DNA of 46,301 nt from Candidatus Desantisbacteria bacterium CG1_02_49_89 (GTDB taxonomy: Bacteria; Desantisbacteria; UBA1551): positions 1 to 46,301 of the forward strand of contig MNUP01000051.1 of assembly GCA_001871075.1 (NCBI GenBank), given 5' to 3'. Shown piece after piece: positions 29,878-39,559 of this stretch. Numbering within the stretch: position 1 is the first letter of the stretch; every line of letters begins with the position of its first letter. The translations under genes were made by a program, and so were the position numbers. The notes under the pieces are model-generated. The model made no database searches and had not been told where the DNA came from. It saw nothing but the letters and a program-made list of their open reading frames with translations.

Positions 29878-30879
29878 CTATGGTCTATGGTCTATGGTCT
29901 GTTTCTTTATCATTTCCACTTCCCCCGCGTCATACGGCGTCCCGTCTTTGTAAAAAATATCGTGGAACCATAATTTCGATCTCATGACCAGCAGCAGCTG
30001 CCTCCAGGGACAGTTGGTCTGCGTCCTGCCTGCCACAAGCCCCCAGCTGTAACAGCCCACTCGCTCCTGTTTAAATACCGGCATATGCGTTCCAAAACGG
30101 CTGTTAAGAACGCGCGCCATGTATTCGGTGCACACAACCGGGCGCCCGTATGCTTTCAGGTTCTTTATCTGTTCTTTCAGATCTTCAATATCGTTATAAT
30201 TGTGGAACGTAATTATATCGGATCCTGCGGTCTGGAACTCAATAAGTTTTTTTAATTCTTTTTTATTCGCCCATACGCCGGCGGTCAGGGGCTGGCTTGG
30301 GCCGGCTTCCCTTGCCCATTTGAACGCGGATCCCAGCAATCCCAGTGATCTTTCTCCCATCCCCGTATTGCCCGGCTCGTTATAAACGTCCCACGCTAAA
30401 ACCCTCTCATCCGTTGCGAAAGCGCCGATCACGTCGCGGATGTAATCTTCAAGCCTCTGCCAGGCCGCGTTGTTTTTAACGATCTTCTTCCCCGGGCTCT
30501 GCACCCACATGGAATTATGGATGCCGGGTCTGGGGTCCGGCTGTTTTCCTATCTTCGGGTTTGTATTCCAGCAGTCGTCAAAGAAAACGAACATTGTGCT
30601 GATGCCGCAGCCGGCAGCGATGTCCAGATAGCTGCTGACCCTGTCCCTGAATCCCTGCGCGTCAGCCAGCCACGCCAGGTCGTGCAGGAAAACCCGGACT
30701 GTGTTAAACCCAATATCCGCTGCCCACCCCAGTTCCCTGCGTATCGTTTCAGGATCAAAGGTCTCTTCCTGCCACATCTCAAGTTGGTTCACAGCGCTGC
30801 TTGGTATGAAATTGCACCCAACCAGCCATGGCAGTTTATTATACCACTCGTTCGCCTTTTCCTTTGTCCACATCATCAT
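29878..30879 (-). CDS. GH5/GH2-like glycoside hydrolase (often annotated 1,4-beta-xylanase)
   Basis: GCNFIPSSAVNQLEMW, acid/base WDVYNEP, nucleophile CTEYMAR. Confidence 0.85.
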   Translation of the reverse strand: MMMWTKEKANEWYNKLPWLVGCNFIPSSAVNQLEMWQEETFDPETIRRELGWAADIGFNTVRVFLHDLAWLADAQGFRDRVSSYLDIAAGCGISTMFVFFDDCWNTNPKIGKQPDPRPGIHNSMWVQSPGKKIVKNNAAWQRLEDYIRDVIGAFATDERVLAWDVYNEPGNTGMGERSLGLLGSAFKWAREAGPSQPLTAGVWANKKELKKLIEFQTAGSDIITFHNYNDIEDLKEQIKNLKAYGRPVVCTEYMARVLNSRFGTHMPVFKQERVGCYSWGLVAGRTQTNCPWRQLLLVMRSKLWFHDIFYKDGTPYDAGEVEMIKKQTIDHRP

Positions 30880-31105
30880 AGCCTACTTTTTAACCACGAA
30901 TTGTTTGCTTCGCAACATTCTTTGCGGGCTACGTCGATAAACGACGAATTGCACGAATTTTACAACTTGAGGAGTAGACCCTTTAGGGTCGTAAAATAAC
31001 GGGGCTAAAGCCCCTACTCCCAAAACTTTTCCACGGAAACACGGAAGGACGGAAACACGGAAAAATCTTTAACTTTGACAAATGGCTAAAGACTACTTTC
31101 AACCT

Positions 31106-31783
31106 TTAACTTTCAACTATTTTCTTTGTAAGAAAATTACAGATCCTAACAACGGCTTTCCTGCCGAACGCGAAAGTCGCTTTCCGCGGGTCATTCTTGC
31201 CTTTCCAGCCGTGGTCCAGGAAATTTTTCCTGCCTATCCTGTTAAATTTTACCTGGCCCGGGAAAAGATACGCAAAAAGCGAGGTCTCCCATATACCCGC
31301 GTGGTCGCCTGTCTTGAAAAAGGAAAGTTCGTCAAACGGGATAACCCTTGCTTTTCCGGTCCTGTTGACCTTTGAAGCGATCCTGTTTATCATCTTGATC
31401 TGGCAATCCGGATAATGCCCCGCGTAAAGCACGATCACTTTGGCTCCGGCGGCGATCATGCCCTTTATTATTTCAAGCAGGTTTAGTTCAGCGGTTTTGT
31501 CAGTGTAAAGATTTCCCCATAAGGAGAACCTTTTCTGCAGATCGGGAGGCAGAAAATGGACACCTGAGTAAAAATGGGCGGGATACACGACCCCGCCTGT
31601 TTTCCTGGCGCAAAGGCAGCAGATCGCGTGCGCCTTAAGAACGTCCAAGCCCATCGGCAAATGATCCCCGTGCCTTTCAAGGCAGCCCACAGGCAGGTAA
31701 GCCACCGGCTTTTTGTTTAATCGCTTTATAGCGTCCCTGCCGTATAAATATTCGAACCGCACTTCATGTCTTATTCTTTTCAT
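31106..31783 (-). CDS. Creatininase-family amidohydrolase
   Basis: LPVGCLERHGDHLPMGLD, GHY, DHAGIWETS. Confidence 0.88.
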   Translation of the reverse strand: MKRIRHEVRFEYLYGRDAIKRLNKKPVAYLPVGCLERHGDHLPMGLDVLKAHAICCLCARKTGGVVYPAHFYSGVHFLPPDLQKRFSLWGNLYTDKTAELNLLEIIKGMIAAGAKVIVLYAGHYPDCQIKMINRIASKVNRTGKARVIPFDELSFFKTGDHAGIWETSLFAYLFPGQVKFNRIGRKNFLDHGWKGKNDPRKATFAFGRKAVVRICNFLTKKIVES

Positions 31784-31823
31784 TCCTTACCTTTTATCAT
31801 TGTAGATTTTAGATTGCAGATTG

Positions 31824-31869
31824 TCCCTAAAGGACCCCCGCGCATAGGTTTACAAAAAACCTGCGGGGG
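31824..31869. repeat. Family 2 bulged-hairpin element in an AGATTG repeat; further copy at 44106-44152
   Basis: TCCCTAAAGG-ACCCCCGC-GCAT-AGGTTT-loop-AAACCT-GCGGGGG. Confidence 0.8.
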
Positions 31870-31937
31870 TAGATTGAATTATAATGAAATCCTTGCTTCT
31901 GATTCATAACTCATAACTCATAATTCATAATTATTCT

Positions 31938-33218
31938 CTAGTGTATCTCCTCATACTCGCTGCTTACAATAAGGCCTGACCTGTCAATAATATTGAAATA
32001 CCAGGCCGTCACTCCTTCGGGTAGTAAGGCAGAAACCATATTCTTTGACTCGTCAAGCTCAGCCGGTATTATCTCCCATGCGCGCTGCATCCAGGCGCCT
32101 TTGTCTTTCGTGTAATTAAATTCGGCTTTTTCAACCGGTACTTCGGCGCTGAATTTTACCCAGGCTTTGTCCTTATCCATACCCTGTTCCGTGATCCCGG
32201 CAAGCGGTTCCCCTTCTTTTAAAATACTGTCCGCGAACGCGCGGATCTCCTCCGGGTTTTCTCCCGCGCCGCCGTGGCCGTGCGGCATCCTGACCCTTAT
32301 GCACAGAGTCCTGCGGCTCTTCGGCAGGCGGTATGACTTCTGCAGCGAACTAAGCGGGTAGGCAAGATCGTTGGTTCCCGCTACCCAGAGCATCGGCATT
32401 GCCGCATTCCCGAGATAATTCGACGGGTCCCACATCTTGACCCACTTCCCCGCGTTCTTCTTTCCCATATTTTTAAAAGCCCCGGTCCATACCGAATCTT
32501 CATGAAGGAACCCGCACCCGTAAACAGGCACCGCGAACTTAAAACGGCTGTCAACGCCCGCGGCGATGCAGGTCAGGTACCCTCCCCACGAGATCCCCGT
32601 AATGCCCACGCGTTCCGCGTCCACCCCGGGAAAAGACCGCAGCAGCGAATCCGCGAGCACGATGCCGGCGATCGCGTGGAAAACCCACTGGTCTTCCGTT
32701 TTCCAGTTTATCTGCGCGAAACTCGCGTCCCAGCCGGCAGGGCCCGCGTTTTCATGGCGCGTCCAGTTGCCGTAAGTGCCGGAAGGAACGCAGCCGCACA
32801 GGTCCATCGCTATCGTGGCATAACCCCTGCTGACCCAAAGGTCGACCCACGCGTCGAAAGCGGTCCCTCCTCCGCCGTGCACAAGGACTATTGCCGGTAC
32901 TTTTTCACCCTTCTCTGCTTCCGGTATTCCGTACCACGCGAAAACCCTTGTTTGTTTCCCTTTGAACGGAAGCCCTTCGTAGAAGATCGCTTTTACGTTC
33001 TTATGGGGCGAAACAAAGTCGGCAGCGGGAAATACTTTCGGGACCGCGGCGAAAAGCGCGCCTGTGTCCCAGATACCTTCCTTTGTCATTTCTACCTCAG
33101 CTTTTACAGCGGCAGATTCAGCGCTGAACAAACTCCGGCTCATGCATAGAATGGCCAAGCAGATTAAAAAACCAGAGGAACAAAACCTTTGCAACCACGA
33201 ATTATCACGAATTAGCAC
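31938..33218 (-). CDS. Alpha/beta-hydrolase, acetylxylan-esterase-like (start uncertain)
   Basis: VHGGGG, nucleophile GISWGG, GTND, MPHGH. The first codons overlap a repeat. Confidence 0.8.
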   Translation of the reverse strand: MLIRDNSWLQRFCSSGFLICLAILCMSRSLFSAESAAVKAEVEMTKEGIWDTGALFAAVPKVFPAADFVSPHKNVKAIFYEGLPFKGKQTRVFAWYGIPEAEKGEKVPAIVLVHGGGGTAFDAWVDLWVSRGYATIAMDLCGCVPSGTYGNWTRHENAGPAGWDASFAQINWKTEDQWVFHAIAGIVLADSLLRSFPGVDAERVGITGISWGGYLTCIAAGVDSRFKFAVPVYGCGFLHEDSVWTGAFKNMGKKNAGKWVKMWDPSNYLGNAAMPMLWVAGTNDLAYPLSSLQKSYRLPKSRRTLCIRVRMPHGHGGAGENPEEIRAFADSILKEGEPLAGITEQGMDKDKAWVKFSAEVPVEKAEFNYTKDKGAWMQRAWEIIPAELDESKNMVSALLPEGVTAWYFNIIDRSGLIVSSEYEEIH

Positions 33219-33223
33219 GAATT

Positions 33224-33296
33224 CCGTAGAGTCATTAGCCCAGCTCTGACTCGAAGGTCCCTGTGTTAAGTTCCGGTTTTATCGGAACTACAGGGA
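33224..33296 (+). repeat. Family 1 double-hairpin element
   Basis: CCGTA-GAGTCA-N12-TGACTC-GAAG-GTCCCTGT-GTTA-AGTTCC..GGAACT-ACAGGGA. Confidence 0.88.
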
Positions 33297-33374
33297 TAAC
33301 CTTTTTAACCCCTTTAACCTTTTTACCGATACATCAGTTTCCAACACGACAACACGGCAACACGCAACAGTTAT

Positions 33375-34127
33375 TTATAACATCTTTTGAAAAAAGTTTT
33401 TGCCAAGCAGCGCTGTCTGCAGAGGGTTGCGCGGCTGTATCTCGAAAACCGCGGTGCCGCGGAAATCGATCTCTTTCAGAGTTTTCGCCAGAAGCTCCCA
33501 GTCCTTCTCCGGTATCCCGCCTGTTCCCGGTATGAAATGGTCGTCGCCCCTCCACGGAAGCTTCTTTTCCGCCTCAGGCAGTATATCCTGGATATGCAGG
33601 TGGATAAGACGGTGTTTCAGCGCGGCAAGGAATTTGCTCATAGGATCAGACGTGAAATAAACATGCCCCACGTCTATGCAGATACCCAGCCCCTCTGTTT
33701 TTTCGATCGCTTCGGTAAGAAACAATAACGGCCCGTTCTCAAGGGCAAGTTTTACGGAACGTTCTTTTGCATAAGCAACCGCACTCCGCGCGAGGTCCGC
33801 GTCAAAGGCCTTCTTATCCTTTGTAACAAGGTCATCCGGATGCAGGACTATCAGACCTGCCCCTAATTCCGCTGCCGCGTCGATCTGTTTTTTGTGCAGG
33901 TCAAATGAATTGCTTGCGCCAACGGTATGCAGGGTAACAGTAATATCCTTTAAAAGCGGCTTTATCTTCCTGCATTCCTCTAAATCGTAAAGATTCTTTC
34001 CCTGGTACGAACCCCACATCTCGATCCCAAAACCCAGCCCGCGCACGTGGTTTATGACCTGATCAAGGCCCGGCGAACCCGTGTAATGCAGATAGTTCCA
34101 TAAGCTTATCGAGTATTTTATTTCCAT
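33375..34127 (-). CDS. Sugar phosphate isomerase/epimerase (AP-endonuclease-2 TIM barrel)
   Basis: LEN, DVGH, HLHIQD, DHFIPGTG, FEI. Confidence 0.88.
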   Translation of the reverse strand: MEIKYSISLWNYLHYTGSPGLDQVINHVRGLGFGIEMWGSYQGKNLYDLEECRKIKPLLKDITVTLHTVGASNSFDLHKKQIDAAAELGAGLIVLHPDDLVTKDKKAFDADLARSAVAYAKERSVKLALENGPLLFLTEAIEKTEGLGICIDVGHVYFTSDPMSKFLAALKHRLIHLHIQDILPEAEKKLPWRGDDHFIPGTGGIPEKDWELLAKTLKEIDFRGTAVFEIQPRNPLQTALLGKNFFQKML

Positions 34128-34231
34128 CTTTACCGCCTTTTCATTGTAGATTTATGATCGAAGATTGAATAACGATTTAATAACGATTTTTAACGATGTT
34201 CAACGATTCTACAACGATTTTTCAACGATTC

Positions 34232-36322
34232 TCACTTCGCTGACCGCAGTTTATACAGTTCTTTATTGATGCTGCGGGCGCCCGAACGCATTTCCGGATA
34301 AGGATCGTCTGTAACCGTCAGAAAACCTATATTATAATTTTCTCCGTCAAACCAGCGGCCGGTCAAAGATTCGTCAACGAATTGGAACCAGTGCGTTCCC
34401 ACGAAATTAGGGTGCGTGACCGCAGCGCGGATATAGTTTTCAAGCTTCCGGGCGCGTTCATTCTGGTCCCGCGCCGCGCGCAGGCCTGTGTGGAACATCC
34501 CGCGGTCCAGGGCCCCGAAATGGAACTCCCCGACCAGAATGGGGAAATCCATTTCCTTCGCCAGCTCGTCGCCCTCGTTATCAGTGGGCAGCTCCGCGTA
34601 GATATTGAAGCAGACCGCGTCGCAGTATTTTTTTGCCGGCTCCACGACCTCCCGGCTGAAACTGGAAAACCGGCTCCCGAAATAGAGTATCCCGGGCAGA
34701 TACTTATCCATCATTTCCCTGCATTTACCGAAATACTGCGAAGCCATCATTCCCTCGAACTCGACCAGGTCCCGCCTTGCCGCGTTTTGCTGCTGTTCGT
34801 TCAGGCGAAGCGGTTGGCCGGCAAGGTTATCCCAGCTCTCCAGCCTGGTGTGCCAGGAATCGTTGAGTTTGTCTATGCTGCCGAATTTCCGCTCAAGGTA
34901 TGCGGCAGCCTCGGTTTTTGTATAGCATCCGGAACCCTGTTCCAGGACAATGGCTGCCAGTTTGCCGTTCGGGTACCAGGTAAATTCATTGTCGATGAAA
35001 ACCCCCAGGAACCAGGGGTCATCTTTGAACCTGGCAAGTCCCTTAAGGCTTTTTCCCACACCCTCTGCAAAACCCGGATGGAACACGTCGGGAAAATCCC
35101 GGTTATCGACCTTGAACTGGGCAGCCATCCCGGAACTTGCTGACGCTGTGTACGGTACAAGGAGTTTTCTTAAAGCGTTAATATCGCTCCAGTTCCCCAC
35201 TGTATTGAACCCCCAGGAAAGCAGGCGCTTTGCCGAAATCTCAAAATAAAGCTTTCTGTAAGATCTCCCGTATTTTCTGAACAGGTTGGCAGCGAAGAAA
35301 TCATACGTGCCCTGGCCGTAAAACGCGAGAAGCGGATCTCTTGGTCTTTCCGGATCAGCCGTGTCCTTCTTTTTAGAAGGCAGCCATGTGAAATATGCCT
35401 CCCGGCCTGCCACTGTCGTTGCTTCTGACGCCCCTACGCAGTCAACGCCGCTTGACCAGAAAAGATATCCGTCCGGGTCCACGAAACACCACTTACCGTT
35501 GTGTTTTTCCACGCGGAAATGCCCGGAAGGCTCCAATTTCGGGCCTTCTTTCCATCCGCCGTAACCGTCGCGGTCAGGCGGAGGCGGGTTATTCTCAAGG
35601 TCAGCCGCTTCGCTCTTAAGCCGCTGTTCGAATTCCGGTTCATCGTTAAGTTTCCCTGGCCATGATGCCCCGTTATACTGCCCGAAACGATCTACGAACG
35701 CGGCAACTTTTCCCTGTTCAGAAAGGGGAAATTTCAACAACTCGATCCTGTGAATGTATATCCTGTGAGAAATGGACGGTTTTGCCATAAAAACCTGGAA
35801 TGCCGAAATATTCGAGGCATCAATGGGCGCCTGGTTGTCATCGGTCCACGCGCCTTCTTCCTTGTCCAGCGCAAGGCCGGGCGGCTGGCCTCTCATGCCT
35901 GGGATTTTGTTCTGGGTCAAGCTCATGTCCATATACAGTTTCACGGTCTTCCCCGGCCCAAGGCTGTAACCCCCCTGCCTTAAATGATCGGACGCGTCGT
36001 CCACCCGGATGTTGACAATAACCATGTCTTCCGTGGGGTTGGTTACCGTTATCGCGAGAACGTTATACGCTGACCAGTCTGAGAACGCGAAGATCTTCTG
36101 CCTGAAAAAAATGTTAGGCCAGTCGGTATTGTGCCCGTACCGCACCTCTAGCACCTTTGACCCGTTGAATTCAACAACGCCGATCTCGCAGGCGTTCCTG
36201 GTGTACCTGCGGAGGTTTGAGGTATCGGTCACGTCAAATAATACAACGGATTCCGCGGCGCGCGCCGCGCCAGGCTGCATGCCGATCAAGCCAAGTATCA
36301 GCAATAAAAACGTCCCTTTCAT
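34232..36322 (-). CDS. GH50 beta-agarase-like glycoside hydrolase
   Basis: VDRFGQY..WPGK, FVDPDGYLFWSSG, WGFNTVGNWS, IDNE, GEFHFGALDRG, GENYNIG. Confidence 0.85.
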   Translation of the reverse strand: MKGTFLLLILGLIGMQPGAARAAESVVLFDVTDTSNLRRYTRNACEIGVVEFNGSKVLEVRYGHNTDWPNIFFRQKIFAFSDWSAYNVLAITVTNPTEDMVIVNIRVDDASDHLRQGGYSLGPGKTVKLYMDMSLTQNKIPGMRGQPPGLALDKEEGAWTDDNQAPIDASNISAFQVFMAKPSISHRIYIHRIELLKFPLSEQGKVAAFVDRFGQYNGASWPGKLNDEPEFEQRLKSEAADLENNPPPPDRDGYGGWKEGPKLEPSGHFRVEKHNGKWCFVDPDGYLFWSSGVDCVGASEATTVAGREAYFTWLPSKKKDTADPERPRDPLLAFYGQGTYDFFAANLFRKYGRSYRKLYFEISAKRLLSWGFNTVGNWSDINALRKLLVPYTASASSGMAAQFKVDNRDFPDVFHPGFAEGVGKSLKGLARFKDDPWFLGVFIDNEFTWYPNGKLAAIVLEQGSGCYTKTEAAAYLERKFGSIDKLNDSWHTRLESWDNLAGQPLRLNEQQQNAARRDLVEFEGMMASQYFGKCREMMDKYLPGILYFGSRFSSFSREVVEPAKKYCDAVCFNIYAELPTDNEGDELAKEMDFPILVGEFHFGALDRGMFHTGLRAARDQNERARKLENYIRAAVTHPNFVGTHWFQFVDESLTGRWFDGENYNIGFLTVTDDPYPEMRSGARSINKELYKLRSAK

Positions 36323-36460
36323 CCCGATCTACCTTCCTCTACCGCCTCTATTTTCTTTTCTGCTCTTCTTTTTACCCATCTTGATCACCCCCTTTGCTTT
36401 AAACAATCAGTTTCAGTGAACCATAAGTTGCTTTGAACGATCATTTTCTTTAAACAGTTT

Positions 36461-37927
36461 CTATTTGTCCAAAACCACGATATCTTTGCTTCCTTCCTCC
36501 AGCACAAACTTCCCTGTCTCATTCAACGCCCGTGAGCTTCTTATCAATACATTCTGGGAATTTTCCAGCCGTATCAAAGACTCGGCTTTCTTGCTGCCTT
36601 CCGCCTTAAAACCGTCAAGTTCCATATCCTGCGCGTCATCACATACTATTGCCGGGCGCAGGTCCTCGGTTTCCAGCCTGAACGTGACATTGTTCAGCTT
36701 GATCCCTGCCGCGTGGTGTATATACAGCCCGTACGCGGGCAGGTCCCCGAACATGTTGATCTCCGGATAACCTCTTTCAAGGTCAGGCACATTGCGCCGC
36801 GCGCCCTGCTCTGCCGTTCCGCCTCCGGGAAAAGTAATGTCTATGTTACTGAAAGTTATATTCTCAGGCCTGGCTTGCGCGGTCCCGGTTATAGATATGC
36901 AAATATTGTCTTTCTTCGCGGCGCTTCCGGTGATATTTGAGAAAAGTATGTTTTGCAGTTTCCCCTTCGGCCAGTTGCTGTCATTAAACCGCGCCCAGAC
37001 GTCGGAGTCAAATTTCCAGCCCGCGAGGCGGATCGAAATAGGGCCTTTGACATTATCCATTACGATATTGGAGAACGTCATATTGCGTATGGCCGCTCCC
37101 ATTGACTCCTGTATCTTTATGCCGTTCAGGCCTGTGTCACGTATCACGCAGTTGCTCATGGTAACGTTCTCGATATCTTCGACCGCGTCAGGGCCTGCGC
37201 GGAAAGCCGCGCACCACGAACTGAGTATGCAGCTGGTGATCGTTATGTCCTTGCACGGATATCCTGGTTCTATGGCTTTCAACGCTATCGAATCGTCCTC
37301 GGAGTTAATATTGCAGTTCGAGATAAAAACGTCTTTGCACCCGTCAAGGTCTATGCCGTCGGAATTGGGCATTATAACGCTTTCTACCCTCAGGCCCTCA
37401 ATGCGCATCTGCCTGCACTGGATGGGATGGAAAGCGAAAGAAAGGGAATCAGCCAGAAGGATGCCTTCAACGCGCGTGTTCGAGCAGTTGCGCAGGCGTA
37501 TCAGCACTGTCCTTTCGATCTTTTCAGCCGCCACCATCCACCAGCCTTCTCCGTATTTTTCTTTCAGCGCCTTGCTGACCTCAACAGCAGAGCCGTCAAT
37601 GGTTCCCTGTCCCGTGATCGAAATGTCCGTGCAATCCGCAGCGTAAATAAGGGACCGGTTAATGTTCTTATACGGCATTTTCTGGTCTTTATGGTACAGC
37701 GATATGTCTGTCGTGCCCTTCAGGGTCGCGGTTGAAGCCAGGCGCAGTTCAATATGGCTTTTCAGCATGATTGTTCCGATAACATAAACGCCGCCTTCCA
37801 CTAATACCGTGCCTCCGCCTGCCTGCGAGCACGCGTCAACGGCTTTCTGTATCGCCTGCGTGTCAATGGTCCTTCCGTCTCCAACCGCCCCGTACTCCCT
37901 TACGTCGAATATTCTCGCCCTATCCAT
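36461..37927 (-). CDS. GH28 / pectin-lyase-fold glycoside hydrolase
   Basis: YGAVGDG..DT.AIQKA, NSDGID, EDDSIALK. Confidence 0.88.
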   Translation of the reverse strand: MDRARIFDVREYGAVGDGRTIDTQAIQKAVDACSQAGGGTVLVEGGVYVIGTIMLKSHIELRLASTATLKGTTDISLYHKDQKMPYKNINRSLIYAADCTDISITGQGTIDGSAVEVSKALKEKYGEGWWMVAAEKIERTVLIRLRNCSNTRVEGILLADSLSFAFHPIQCRQMRIEGLRVESVIMPNSDGIDLDGCKDVFISNCNINSEDDSIALKAIEPGYPCKDITITSCILSSWCAAFRAGPDAVEDIENVTMSNCVIRDTGLNGIKIQESMGAAIRNMTFSNIVMDNVKGPISIRLAGWKFDSDVWARFNDSNWPKGKLQNILFSNITGSAAKKDNICISITGTAQARPENITFSNIDITFPGGGTAEQGARRNVPDLERGYPEINMFGDLPAYGLYIHHAAGIKLNNVTFRLETEDLRPAIVCDDAQDMELDGFKAEGSKKAESLIRLENSQNVLIRSSRALNETGKFVLEEGSKDIVVLDK

Positions 37928-37935
37928 TTTAACTC

Positions 37936-38008
37936 CCGAAGGGTCATTGGCTCGGTTCTGACCCGAAGGTCCCTGTGTTAAGTTCCAGTTTCACCGGAAC
38001 TACAGGGA
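37936..38008 (+). repeat. Family 1 double-hairpin element abutting the GH28 ribosome-binding site
   Basis: CCGAA-GGGTCA-N12-TGACCC-GAAG-GTCCCTGT-GTTA-AGTTCC..GGAACT-ACAGGGA. Confidence 0.88.
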
Positions 38009-38230
38009 CAAAATACAACAATTTGCAATTTATCCCTATAGTTCCTGTTAACGGAACTAACCATAGGGATCCTTTATGGACAATTTGCAATTTAAAATGA
38101 AGGATTTTTTGTATTTAACGATTCTGCAGCAGTTTTTAATAAGGAACAGGCCAAACTATTTCCTTGCATCATTGAGTGATTTCAGACAATTCCTTGTTGT
38201 TGCGTTGACACGCCTTAAACTGACCACTGA

Positions 38231-39463
38231 CTACTGACCACTTTTTGTATACAGGTATTCGACCATCCACAGCCACCTTCTATAGCTTTGCCCTTTTGCT
38301 TCCCTCAGGGCCTTTTTCGCGCTCTCTAAGTCAGCAGTGCTGATCTTGTCCTTCTCAAGCAGTTCGATATATTTTTTAGCAAGGCCTTCTCCGCCGAATA
38401 GCGGGGAAAGTTTCTTCGCGGTAAACTCTTCCCAGGTCATTTTCGGGTCATCGCAGAAATCCGCAACGCTCAGGTAATTGATCTCGTTCACTGTGCTGGT
38501 TTGCGGGACCTCGCCGAACAAAGTTACTCCGTCCATTCCCGCTTCCGCAACCTTTTTAACCAGTTTCGCGAAGTCCTTCGCCACCAGCCTGCGCCTTTCG
38601 TTATTCCACTGGCTTCCCATATGCGTCCGTATAACCTTCGGGTGCGTAGGAAGTTTTGCGGCTTTCTCAGGTGTCATTTTGCTCAGGAACTGCGGCAGGT
38701 ATACGTGGTCAATGCAGAACTGGAGTATAGAGCCTTCCGGAAGCGCCTGCAAAGGCTTGTGAAGCTCCGTGTCAAGGATATTGTTAAAATAGCACTCGCA
38801 TATCGGCAGGATACCGGGCCGGGCGTCCCGGGCTTCTTTTATCAAAGGCGGCAGCAGTTCCACGATATCTTCGGGTGACCAAAATCCTGTGCGCTTAGAC
38901 TTGCTCAGGCATTCTTCGCACTTGCACAGGCCGTAATCCCCTGTCTCAAAGTTTATTCCCCCGATCTCAAAGGTCTCGCACAGCCACCTTATTGAGTCCT
39001 TCATCCATTTTCGGTTCTCTTTCTTTGAAGGGCATCCGATGCGCAGGTACGGATGGCCCGGATACGGCTGGCCCACTGCTTCCAGTTCCGGATGCCTGTC
39101 AAGCCAGGTGGACAGGTTGAATTCGTGTTTTCCTTCCCAGTAAACCCCGCCGTAGGAATTCACGCCTATGCCCGGGATAACGCGCACGTTTTTCCCGCGC
39201 CCGTATTTGCAGATCTCCTGCGCCGCTCCTGTCCCGCCGTGGCAGTCGCGCAGGAACCCGTATATGATCACTCCGGTATAATTATTTGCCGCGCAAAAAT
39301 CAATGCAATTTTTGTAATCCTGTATGAAAACCTCGGGTTTTTTATAATATGGATTAGAGCACCCGTATTCCTGGATGCCGTCAACCAGAGGGGTCCAGAC
39401 CATGCTGTGGTCCCACGTCCAGAAAAATCTGTATTTCAGCTTTGTATCTTTTGTTTTATCCAT
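38231..39463 (-). CDS. Conserved hypothetical TIM-barrel protein with a CxCxxC motif
   Basis: Long ORF with AAAGGA SD. YRFFWTWDH, ETGD..CKCEEC. Confidence 0.65.
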   Translation of the reverse strand: MDKTKDTKLKYRFFWTWDHSMVWTPLVDGIQEYGCSNPYYKKPEVFIQDYKNCIDFCAANNYTGVIIYGFLRDCHGGTGAAQEICKYGRGKNVRVIPGIGVNSYGGVYWEGKHEFNLSTWLDRHPELEAVGQPYPGHPYLRIGCPSKKENRKWMKDSIRWLCETFEIGGINFETGDYGLCKCEECLSKSKRTGFWSPEDIVELLPPLIKEARDARPGILPICECYFNNILDTELHKPLQALPEGSILQFCIDHVYLPQFLSKMTPEKAAKLPTHPKVIRTHMGSQWNNERRRLVAKDFAKLVKKVAEAGMDGVTLFGEVPQTSTVNEINYLSVADFCDDPKMTWEEFTAKKLSPLFGGEGLAKKYIELLEKDKISTADLESAKKALREAKGQSYRRWLWMVEYLYTKSGQ

Positions 39464-39559
39464 CTTTATTCCTTTATTGGACTATTTTCGATGTCTGGAG
39501 AATCATCATAAGCACAAATGGGGTAAAATAAGATAGATATTACCCTATTTAGCGTTCTT

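Noticed and set aside
36329-36331. Genome-wide TAG recoding
   Set aside because: TAG terminates many intact genes here (e.g. 19443, 22020, 24570, 28793, 36461, 43184).
37936-38008. Self-cleaving ribozyme or TIGR-type guide unit
   Set aside because: No hammerhead CUGAUGA/GAAA, twister, pistol or HDV core on either strand by eye. There is no dual 9-nt spacer layout and no Nop-domain gene. An Rfam scan is still needed to exclude this formally.
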